Of a DNA stretch of 64,000 bases, positions 23,079-35,000 are shown piece by piece. This stretch comes from Malacoraja senta (taxonomy: Eukaryota). The DNA is taken from positions 124,001-188,000 of the forward strand of contig JAXLNO010000114.1 in NCBI GenBank assembly GCA_038087875.1. The letters run 5' to 3'. The position numbers and the translations under genes are program-made. Under the pieces are notes generated by a model that did not search any database, had not been told where the DNA came from, and was given only the letters and a program-made list of their open reading frames with translations. Numbering within the stretch: position 1 is the first letter of the stretch; every line of letters starts with the position of its first letter.

Positions 23079-26000
23079 TCACACATCCACTCTCAGTCCG
23101 GGTCTGGGTTCCTGCAGTGACCTCAGTTCCTTCCCCCCGGTCGGACTGAACTTATTCCTCCACAGCCTGAAACAGCCTAGGAATAAAGAGGAAATAAACA
23201 GATGAAACAAGAGGGACTGGGGTTAATATTTCAACACTTACAGAACAAAATCACAGTAGAAGCCCGCGGATCCCCTGATATTTTATCACATTAAACATTA
23301 ACACAAACACTCACTTGATCCACTTAATTCTCGGGAGGGTTAGTATGAGGCGGTGGAGAGAGGGGACAGATCGGTCTCTGATGGAGTTGAGTTCCAAGTT
23401 CAACTCCGTCAGTGAGGGGTTTGTACTGAGAGCGGAGACGAGATCCTCGGCTCCAGAATCTGTGAGACCGACACTGTTCAGCCTGGAGATGAGAGAGAGT
23501 GAGGGTGAGGGACACAGAGAGACAGGAGACGGTGCAAATCCCCAGTGTTTATCAGTGACACAATTACTGATCATATTAATGTTCAGTGTCAGACACCTAG
23601 TGAGTCTAAACACAATCTCTCACAGTCTGGGACTTACCCCAGTGTCTGTATTTTACAGTCCGGGTTCCTCGGAGCCGCAGACACCAGTTTCACTCCGGAA
23701 TCTACCAGGTCGTTTAATCCCAGTCTAAACACAAACAGAGAGAGTAAAAGGCCTGTCTCACGAGTCTGCAGTCATTGGCGGCGAAACGGGAAGAATCTGC
23801 CGCCATAGACCGCGCACTCGTGAGAACACGCAATTCCGGGGCCGTGCGGCGGTGTTCCCAACACCGCACGGTGCTAAAATAAAACCAACAATGTTGAAAA
23901 CTATATTCTTACCGCACAACCTCCACCAGTGATGCACGAGTGCGGCACGGCTGCCCGCACGTGCCGCTGCCAGTGTGGCTCGAGCGCCGTGCGTCAAACC
24001 TCCACTGCCACAGCCTCCGCCAATGAGGCACGTACCTCCGCTGGTGAGGCACGTGTGCGGCACGGCCGCAGGCACAGCCACCGCTACAGCGCCGCGATCA
24101 GGACGGCCGCCGCCACAGCCGCCGCTGGTGAGTCACGTGCGGCGGGCCGACGTCATCGCAGTCGGCCCGCCCTTTTTTTTACTTACCGCAAGCACGTGGG
24201 ACCAGCCGTATTTGAATTACTCGGCCCCCGCGCAGCATCCGTGCGGCGCTCCAGTGGATAAGCTCGACGCTCTCGCCGTTGACGCGCGGTCCTCGCTACC
24301 GGCGACGCCGCGCTTCACCACCGATGACCGCAAACAGGTAAGACAGAGCAGAAACAAACTGATACAAACCCCGGCGAGGCTGAGATGGATAACTTCTCCC
24401 AAACGGATATTTCTGGAAACACCTCAGTACATTATTGAACAAATCTCGATGGTTGTGGTGTTTGGTGACTTTCACCATATATTCTCATTCCCCGAAGACC
24501 GGGAAATGTTCCCCATCCAGAGAACGACGGCAGGCAACACGCGCAACCCGGGGGAAGGGGTCGATCACCGGTGAACCGGGGGAGGAAGGGGGAGTGGAGA
24601 CGACCACCGGTGACCCGGCAGGGGGTGGGGGGGGGGGGTAAAATAGGAGGGGTGCTCCCCGTGCACAGTGACGGCCGCTCGGCCCCATAGAAGGGGTGCT
24701 GGACGGAAGAACAAAATAGTGAAACAATTTTACAGTTCAGTGTTAGCATCAAACGGACAGTTACCCCAAGTACTGACACTTGTGCAGAGCCGGTCCCAGC
24801 CGCTGGAGACCTTCACACTGAATGTGGCAGCTGTCCAGATCGAGGTGTTTGATTGTGTCACAGGGCCTGATGGCATGAGACAGGACCACACAGTCAATCG
24901 GGGTCAGTCCCAGGTCACTGAATGAAAGTGTTTCCACAGATCCCAGTGTCTGTTGAGCCAGTACAGGATTCTGAGACTCAAACAGGTAGTGCAGCGTGTT
25001 CAGGAGGCTCCGTTTACCAGCTTTACTCCCTGTGTTTCCAGCCCGGCGTTTAACCTCCTCCTTCACCCAGTCAATCACTCGGCAGATTGTTTGATGAGGG
25101 AATTGACCCAGAAACTCCTCCAGGATCCAAGCTGCCCGTGGGGAGGAGAGACCAGCAACAAAACGGAGAAATACTTCAAATCGCCCGTATGTCGTGCCAT
25201 AGGCTTCAATGAGGAGTGTCTTGATATCCCTGCGATCTGGAGTCATGAATTGTGCGAGTGCGGCTACAAACTCTTGGATGGTGAGGTGCGGGAAGGTGTA
25301 CACCACGCTCCGGGCCGAATCCTCTCTCTCCAAAAGTTCCATCAGGAACCCGGACAGGAACTGGGAAGGCTGCAGATTGTATTTGATCAAATCTCCATCT
25401 GTGAACACGATGTTCTTCTCAGCCACTCCAGTGAAGGCCATCTGACCAACCCTCAGTAACACCTCACGGGGGCTCTCAATCTCACGGCCGTGGTTTTTCA
25501 GGATGTTGTAAATAAAGTAGCAATATAGTTGGGTGATGGTCTTGGGAACTTGCTGCATGTCCCGGTGTGTTTGTGTGAAGAAGGGGTCCAGTGTCAGGCC
25601 AAGGATCCAGCAGTAGGAGGGGTTGTAGCTCATGGTGTACAGGATCTCGTTCTCCTTCACGTGTTTGAAAACAGCTGCTGCCACCGTCAGATCTTCAAAA
25701 TACCTGGTGAAATATTCCTTCCGATCCTCACCAACAAATCCCAGGATTTCAGCCCAGACACTGATCTTTGCCTTTTCCAGTAAATGTAACGCAGTGGGGC
25801 GGGTGGTCACTAGCACTGAACACCCTGGGAGCAGCATGTGCTGCGTTAAACTGTACACAATGTCAGACACTTCACACCGGAATTCAGGATCTGGGCACTG
25901 GTGCTGAGGTTCTGTGTCTCTCCCACTGTCAGCAAAATCGATTCCACCCTTGAATTGATCCAGACCATCGAATATAAACAGCAATCCCTCTGGGTTCTTC

Positions 26001-29000
26001 CTGACCTCTCCTAGCATATTCCCAAAGTAAGGATACTGATCCAGAATCAGTTCCCTCATGGTTACTCTGCAGTTAATAGTGTTCAAATCCCGGAATTTGA
26101 AACTGAAGACAAACTGAAATTGTTGGAATATTTTCCCCGTGGCCCAGTCATGAACAATCTTTTGCACCATTGTTGTTTTTCCGATCCCCGGGACTCCGGC
26201 CACGGCAGACGAACTCCCAGATTTGGATTTGCTCGCCGAAATGTTCTGGAATGACTGATCAGTTCGGATTTTTTCAAACTCTCCCCCGAGATGTTCCTCT
26301 CTCCACTCTTCATGGTCCCGGCCTCTTGCCAACAGCTCATGTTCCACCAGTGTCCGATCTCGAACAGTGGAGATGATCGTGAGCTCAGCGTATCGATCAA
26401 GCAGATGGAAAACCTTAACCTTCTCCTTCATCAGGATCGTATTCACACTCAGTCTTTCAGTCTGTGACCTCAGTGTGTCCATGTGCTTCTGCTGAACATC
26501 TTTTATCAGGTGAGATAAACAAGAGGTCCTGAAATTAGATTCATCACGCAAAGAAAAACACATTCACAGTATCCTAATAGTCATTGTATGATACAGTGTG
26601 GGAACAGGCCCTTCGGCCCAACTTGCCCACACCGGCCAACAATGTCCCAGCTACCCTAGTCCCACTTGCCTGCGTTTGGTTCATATTTGCTTCAAACCTG
26701 TCCTATCCATGCACCTACCTTAACTGTTTCTTAAACGATGGGTTAGTCGCAGCCTCAACGACCTCCTCTCGCAGCCTACTTCATACACCCACCATCCTTT
26801 GTGTGAAAAAGTTCCTCCTCGGATTCCTATTAAATCCCCTTCACATTGAACCTATGTCCTCTGGTCCTCGATTCCCCTTCTCTGGGCAAGAGACTATGTG
26901 CATCTAACCAATCTATTCCGCTCATTCCTACTCACTTCCCCTTTAACTCTATCGTTATACTCCCAATTTGTCACCCCATTTAATTGCATCCCATTAAACC
27001 CTTCACACTATGATTTACCCAGCCTATATTGGGAAAGTTAAAAGCTCCTAATACAACGACCTTATTTGACCTGCAGCTGCCTGCAATCTCCTGACACATT
27101 TGTTCTTCTAATTCCCGTTGACTATTCGGGGGTCTGTAGTACATCCCCAACAAGGTGATCATCCTTTTCTTCTTCCTCAGCTCTACCCATATAGCCTCAC
27201 TGGAAGATAGCCACCTCCTCTTTTTCCCTCACCCCTCTCCTGAAGCTCCTGTACCCCGGAACATTGACCAGGTTTCACTCATGGCTACAACATCCCAGTG
27301 GCTCATACCTATCCACGCCCCAAGTTTATCCGCCTTACCCATCAGGCCCCTTGCATTAAAATAGGCACAGTTAAAACCAACCCTTCGTCCTCGCTCGCCG
27401 CCTTTCACCGGCCTATTCTGTCCACTAACCTCTCCCACACCACCCTCCATACCAAATTCTACCTCTCACGTGCCTCTGTCCCGTACGAGATCCCACCCCC
27501 TGCCAATCTAGTTTAAACCCTCTCGTGTAGCATTAGCAAACCTTCCCGCTAGGATGTTGCTCCCCCTCCAGTTAAGGTGCAACCCGTCCCTTTTGTACAG
27601 GTCACCCCTGCCCCAGAAGAGATCTCAATGATCCAGAAATCTAACTCCCTGCCCTCAGCACCAACTCCTGAACCACACATTCATTTCCCCTCTCTTCCGT
27701 TCATACCTTCACTAGCATGAGGTATTGGCCGTAATCCTGAGATCACTACCCCGCAGGTCCTGCTTTTCAGTCTTCTACCTAATTCTGTAAACTGTTTTTT
27801 ACAGAACCTCCTTCTGCTTCCTACCTATGTCGTTTGTGCCAACAGGCAATGAAGAAAGCAAATGGTATGTTGGCTTTCATAGCAAGAGGATTTGAGTATA
27901 GGAGCAGGGAGGTTCTACTGCAGTTGTACAGGGTCTTGGTGAGACCACACCTGGAGTATTGCGTACAGTTTTGGTCTCCAAATCTGAGGAAGGACATTAT
28001 AGCCATAGAGGGAGTGCAGAGAAGGTTCACCAGACTGATTCCTGGGATGTCAGGACTTTCATATGAAGAAAGACTGGATAGACTTGGCTTATACTCGCTA
28101 GAATTTAGGAGATTGAGAGGGGATCTTATAGAAATGTACAAAATTCTTATGGGGTTGGACAGGCTAGATGCAGGAAGATTGTTCCTGATGTTGGGGAAGT
28201 CCAGGACAAGGGGTCACAGCTTAAGGATAAGGGGGGAATCCTTTAAGACCGAGATGAGGAAAAACTTTTTCACACAGAGAGTGGTGAATCTCTGGAACTC
28301 TCTGCCACAGAGGGTAGTTGACGCCAGTTCATTGGCTATATTTAAGAGGGAGTTAGATGTGGCCCTTGTGGCTAAAGGGATCAGGGGGTATGGAGAGAAG
28401 GCAGGTACGGGATACTGAGATGGATGATCAGCCATGATCATATTGAATGGCGGTGCAGGCTCGAAGGGCCGAATGGCCTACTCCTGCACCTATTTTCTAT
28501 GTATCTATGTAACATGCGCAACCAAAATAGGTGGAATTGTGGAGAGTCAACGTTTTTAGCGGGATTTAGATTAGCTACTAAAATAGTCAGAGAAACGGCA
28601 GATGGAATTAAATACAAAGAGCAGGTGTCATTTATTGCGCTTTGAGATATTGAAAGGGAAACAGAAATGGCAATGCTCTCAACAGCATTGATATGCAGAG
28701 GGATGTTCGGGGAGCAAAGCCAAAACACCTGAAGTGCCGACAGTAGATAGAGTGGTAAAGAAAGAATATGGTATGCGTTCCCATCCGGGGCATTCAGTGG
28801 GAGAATCACGAATTCATGCTGCAGCTTTACAGGACAAAAGGGAATGTTCCAGAGTAACTCCGGGCCAGGCTGCAAGGCTGGAGAACATGAATAGGAGACA
28901 TGTCATATCATAAGACTTCTGCAGACTGTTTATAGTGGAGGTGGGTGGGGAAAGCTGGGAGACCATCAGCCTCACAGTGCCAGAGACCCGGGTTCGATCC

Positions 29001-32000
29001 TAACCTCGGGTGCTGCCTGTGTGGAGTTTGGACCTTCTTTCTGTAACCGCGAGGGTTATTTCCCAGTCCTTTACATTCCTCCCACATCGCAAAGATGTTG
29101 ATTACTTGGATCTCTGTAAATTGTCCCTAGTCTGCAAGGAGTCGATATAAAGATGGGATAAATTGGAACGGCTGATCGATGGACGGCGTATATGCAGTTG
29201 GCCAAAACATGCAATTGAATGCCTTTCAGATGAGCAGATATTTCCAAGGAAGCCTTCATGGCTTTGAACGATTCAATCAGATCAGAACCTGTTGGAATAA
29301 TTTCATGGAATGAGTCTGAGTTGCATTTTGACGAAAAGGACAAATTCCGTACAGAAAAATGAATGTCCTGTACCTTCTTCCCCCATTGCTTTCAGCAATT
29401 CCTCCAGATCGAGAAGCAGGTGGTGCATTTTCACGAAGCCTTTCCATATCAGTTTACGGACCCACGGCTCTTTCTCAGTCACCAGGTTGAGGAGAAGTCT
29501 GGAACCGGCCGCACTGTTTCCTCTCTTCGTGCGTTTGATGACTTGCTGTGAAGAGCAGTGGAGACAAGTAGTTATAGAGCTGTACAGCACGGAAACGGAA
29601 CCCTCGGCCAACCTTGTCGATGGATTTACTGGAGTCACAGTGCCTTACGTGGTAGACTGATAGAGCAGTGTACCACAGGGAGACAGGCCATTCAGCCCAC
29701 ATTGTCCATGCCAACCAAGTTGCAATTGTAAGCTAGGGCCATTTGCCTGTATTTGGTCCAGGCAAATATGCCCCTCCTATCCACTCACCTGTCTGAATGT
29801 ACTTCAAAATCCCTAATGTTATTCGCTTTTCCAGCTTCCTCTGGCATTGTGTTCCAGATATAGATTGCTCTCCAAGTAAACCTGTTGTCCCCAGATCCCA
29901 CCTACATTTCTCCCATCTCCCCTCAAGACTGCACCCTCCAGTTTGTGGATCCTTTATCCTGGAAAACAAGACTGTGTTCCCTTTATCCCAGCATCGTCTA
30001 CAAGTCCTACAGTAATATTGTTACCCCTAAGGTACTGGAAGAGAGAAGGTGGGAGACAGTGAGAAAGGGAGGGAAGCATGGAATGCAAACGTCCCCGGGT
30101 GTTGTACCTCTTGTGAACAGGTTCACCCACTTAGAAGCTGTCGGGACAGAAGACGTGTTTACACTGAGCGGCGGACTGGCTTGCGATGCGAATAGGGCTG
30201 TTGAGCCAAAACCAAAAAGGCCAAAGTCAGGCAACGCCATTGTAGTGGGAGACTCCATTGTGAGAGGTACGGACAGGGGTTTCTGCGGCAACAGACGGGA
30301 TTCGAGGATGGTGTGCTGCCTTCCTGGTGCCAGGATCCAGGATGTCACGGACAGAGTGCAGAAAATACTCAAGGGCGAAGGTGAACAGCCGGAAGTGGTA
30401 GTGCATGTCGGCACAAACGATGTCGGAAAGAAGGGGATGAATATTCTGCAGCGTGACTTTAGAGAGCTCGGAAAAATGCTGAAAAGCAGGACCTCCAGGG
30501 TTGTTATCTCCGGTTTTCTTCCAGTTCCTCGTGCTGGCGAGAGCAGGAACAGGGAGATACGGGACCTGAATGTGTGGCTGAGGAACTGGTGCACGGGGCA
30601 GGGATTTAGATTCTTAGATCACTGGGATCTGTTTTGGAGTAAAAGGGAACTGTACAAAAGGGACGGATTGCATCTTGGGGGGCCAGCATTCTGGCAGGCA
30701 GGTTTGCCACTGCTACACGGGTGGTTTTAAACTGAATAAGGGGGGTGGGGTGTCGAATGGGATAGTTGAGGATGGAGTTAAAGGGAAAGGGTTTCTTAAA
30801 TGTGTGAGCGTAGAGACAGAGGGGTGTAAAATGAGGGTAGAAGCAATAGGGAGCAAGGTGAAAAGTAAAAGTGGCAGGCAGACAAATCCAGGGCAAAAAT
30901 CAAAAAGGGCCACTTTTCAACATAATTGTATAACGGGTAAGAGTGTTGTAAAAAACAAGCCTGAAGGCTTTGTGTCTCAATGCAAGGAGCATTTGTAATA
31001 AGGTGGATGAGTTGAATGTGCTGATAGCTATTAATGACTATGATATAGTTGGGATCACGGAGACATGGCTCCAGGGTAACCAAGGCTGGGAGCTGAACAT
31101 CCAGGTATATTCAATATTCAGGAGGGATAGACAGAAAGGGAAAGGAGGTGGGGTAGCGTTGCTGGTTAGAGAGCAGATTAACGCAATAGAAAGAAAGGAC
31201 ATTAGCTTGGAGGATGTGGAATCGATATGGGTAGAGCTGCGAAACACTAAGGGGCAGAAAACGCTAGTGGGAGTTGTGTACAGGCCACCTAACAGAAGTA
31301 GTGGAGTTGGGGATGGCCTCAAACAGGAAATTAGAAAATGCGTGCAACAAAGGTAAAACAGTTGTAATGGGTGAATTCAATCTACATATAGATTGGGTGA
31401 ATCAAATTGGCAAGGGTGCTGAGGAAGAGGATTTCTTGGAATGTATGCGGGATAGTTTTCTAAACCAACATGTAGAGGAACCAACGATAGAGCAGGCTAT
31501 TCTAGATTGGGTATTGAGTAATGAGGAAGGGTTAGTTAGCAGTCTTGTTGTGCGTGGCCCCTTGGGCTAGAGTGACCATAATATGGTTGAGTTCTTCATT
31601 AGGATGGAGAGTGACATTGTTAATTCAGAAACAAGGGTCCTGAACTTAAAGAAAGGTAATTTTGAGGGTATGAGACGTGAATTGGCCAAGATAGACTGGC
31701 AATTGATTCTTAATGGGTTGACGGTAGATATGCAATGGAAGGCATTTAAAGACTGCATTGATGAACTACAACAATTGTTCATCCCAGTTTGGCAAAAAAA
31801 TAAATCAGGGAAGGTAGTGCATCCATGGATAACAAGGGAAATCAGGGATAGTATCAAAACAAAAGATGAAGCGTACAAATTATCCAGAAAAAGCAGCCTG
31901 CCAGAGGACTGGGAGAACTTCAGAGTCCAGCAGAGGAGGACAAAGGGCTTAATTAAGAAAGGGAAAATAGATTATGAAAGAAAACTGGCAGGGAACATAA

Positions 32001-35000
32001 AAACTGACTGCAAAAGCTTTTATAGATATGTGAAGAGAAAAAGTTTAGTTAAAACAAATGTAGGTCCCTTGCAGTCAGAAACAGGTGAATTGATCATGGG
32101 GAACAAGGACATGGCAGACCAATTGAATAACTACTTTGGTTCTGTCTTCACTAAGGAAGATATAAATAATCTGCCGGAAATAGCAGGGGACCGGGGGTCA
32201 AATGAGATGGAGGAACTGAGTGAAATCCAGGTTAGCCGGGAAGTGGTGTTAGGTAAATTGAATAGATTAAAGGCCGATAAATCCCCAGAGCCAGATAGGC
32301 TGCATCCCAGAGTACTTAAGGAAGTAGCCCCAGAAATAGTGGATGCATTAGTGATAATTTTTCAAAACTCTTTAGATTCTGGAGTAGTTCCTGAGGATTG
32401 GAGGGTAGCTAATGTAACCCCACTTTTTAAAAAGGGAGGGAGAGAGAAAATGGGGAATTACAGACCAGTTAGTCTAACGTCAGTAGTGGATTTATGAAAG
32501 GTCTGACAAATCTTATAGAATTTTTCGAGGATGTAACTAGTAGAGTGGATAAGGGAGAACCAGTGGATGTGTTATATCTGGACTTTCAGAAGGCTTTCGA
32601 CAAGGTCCCACATAAGAGATTAGTATACAAACTTAAAGCACATGGTATTGGGGGTTCAGTATTGATGTGGATAGAGAACTGGCTGTCAAACAGGAAGCAA
32701 AGAGTAGGGGTAAACGGGTCCTTTTCACAATGGCAGGCAGTGACTAGTGGGGTACCGCAAGGCTCAGTGCTGGGACCCCAGCTATTTACGATATATATTA
32801 ATGATTTGGACGAGGGAATTGAATGCAACATCTCCAAGTTTGCGGATGACACGAAGCTGGGAGGCAGTGTTAGCTGTGAGGAGGATGCTCGGAGGCTGCA
32901 AGGTGACTTGGATAGGCTGGGTGAGTGGGCAAATGCATGGCAGATGCAGTATAATGTGGATAAATGTGAGGTTATCCACTTTGGTGGCAAAAACAGGAAA
33001 GTAGACTATTATCTGAATGGTGGCCGATTAGGAAAAGGGGAGATGCAATGAGACCTGGGTGTCATGATACACCAGTCATTAAAAGTAGGCATGCAGGTGC
33101 AGCAGGCAGTGAAGAAGGCGAATGGTATGTTAGCATTCATAGCAAAAGGATTTGAGTATAGGAGCAGGGAGGTTCTACTGCAGTTGTACAGGGTCTTGGT
33201 GAGACCACACCTGGAGTATTGCATACTGTTTTGGTCTCCTAATCTGAGGAAAGACATTCTTGCCATAGAGGGAGTACAGAGGTTCACCAGACTGATTCCT
33301 GGGATGTCAGGACTTTCATATGACTGGATAGACTCAGTTTGTACTCGCTAGAATTTAGAAGATTGAGGGGGGATCTTATAGAAACATACAAAATTCTTAA
33401 GGGGTTGGACAGGCTAGATGCAGGAACATTGTTCCCGATGTTGGGGAAGTCCAGAACAAGGGGTCACAGTTTAAGGATAAGGGGGAAATCTTTTAGGACC
33501 GAGATGAGGAAAACATTTTTCACACAGAGAGTGGTGATTCTCTGGAATTCTCTGCCACAGAAGGTAGTTGAGGCCAGTTCATTGGCTATATTTAAGTTAG
33601 ATGTGGCCCTTGTGGCTAAAAGGATCAGGGGGTATGGAGAGAAAGCAGGTACAGGATACTGAGTTGGATGATCAGCCATGATCATATCGAATGGCGGTGC
33701 AGGCTCGAAGGGCCGAATGGCCTACTCCTGCACCTATTTTCTATGTTTCTATCTCTTTGTCTTACACACCTCAGTAAAGTCACCCTTCATTCTCTTGCAC
33801 ACCAAAGAAAAAAATATCCCAGCCTACCTAACCTCCCCATATAACTCAAGAAGTAGGCCTGGGCATCCTGGTTAATCTAGCCTGTATCATTTCCAACTGA
33901 ATGACAAGATCAGAGCCCTAGTGAGACCACACCTGGAGTGTTGTGTGCAGTTTTGGTCCCCTAATTTGAGGAAGGACATTCTTGCTATTGAGGGAGTGCA
34001 GCGTAGCTTTACAAGGTTAATTCCAGGATGGCGGGACTGTCATATGCTGAGAGAATGGAGCAGCTTGGCTTGTACACTCTGGAGTTTAGAAGGATGAGAG
34101 GAGATCTCATTGAAACATATAAGATTGTTAAGGGCTTGGACACGCTAGAGGCAGGAAACATGTTCCCGATGTTGGGGGAGTCCAGAACCAGGGGCCACAG
34201 TTTAAGAATAAGGAGTAAGCCATTTAGAACAGAGACGAGGAAACATTTTTTCTCACAGAGAGTGGTGAGTCTGTGGAATTCTCTGCCTCAGAGGGCGGTG
34301 GAGGCAGGTTCTCTGGATGCTTTCAAGAGAGAGCTAGATAGGGCTCTTAAAAATAGCGGAGTCAGGGGATATGGGGAGAAGGCAGGAACGGTAATCTGAT
34401 TGGGGATGATCAGCCATGATCACATTGAATGGCGGTGCTGGCTCGAAGGGACAAATGGCCTACTCCTGCATCTATTGTCTATTGTCTAAGATTAATAAGG
34501 AGGATATTATGAAGGAGCGGGACAGAGTCATGTCAAATAAGAAAGCGAGTTATTGCTCAGGGATGGACCTCCCGGACATAAGGAGCAGTGAATGCAGTGG
34601 CCGGCTGGGTCTTTGTAACTGAGAGCATTACAGACCCATACCGGAGTTTGGAATTAGGGATTGTCGACAATCTCCTGGAGTATCAATGGGATCAAATTCC
34701 TCTGCCTTTCGCAATTCAAAATGACCTCTCAAGCCACTCCGAAGCACAATGCGGGCGCGTGATGAATGGAGAACAGGACGTTCTGCACCATCCGACTTCA
34801 TCAATTAAAAGTGGGGGAAGGAACAGCAGATGCTGGTTCATGCCAAAGATAGACACAACATGCTGGAGCATCTCAGCGGGTCATGCAGCATCTCTGGAGA
34901 AAAGGCACAGGAACAGATGTTTCCCTCTCCCCTGACTTTTAATCTGAAGGATCTCAACCCGAAACTTCACCCAGTTCATTCCTCCAGAGATATCCTGCCT

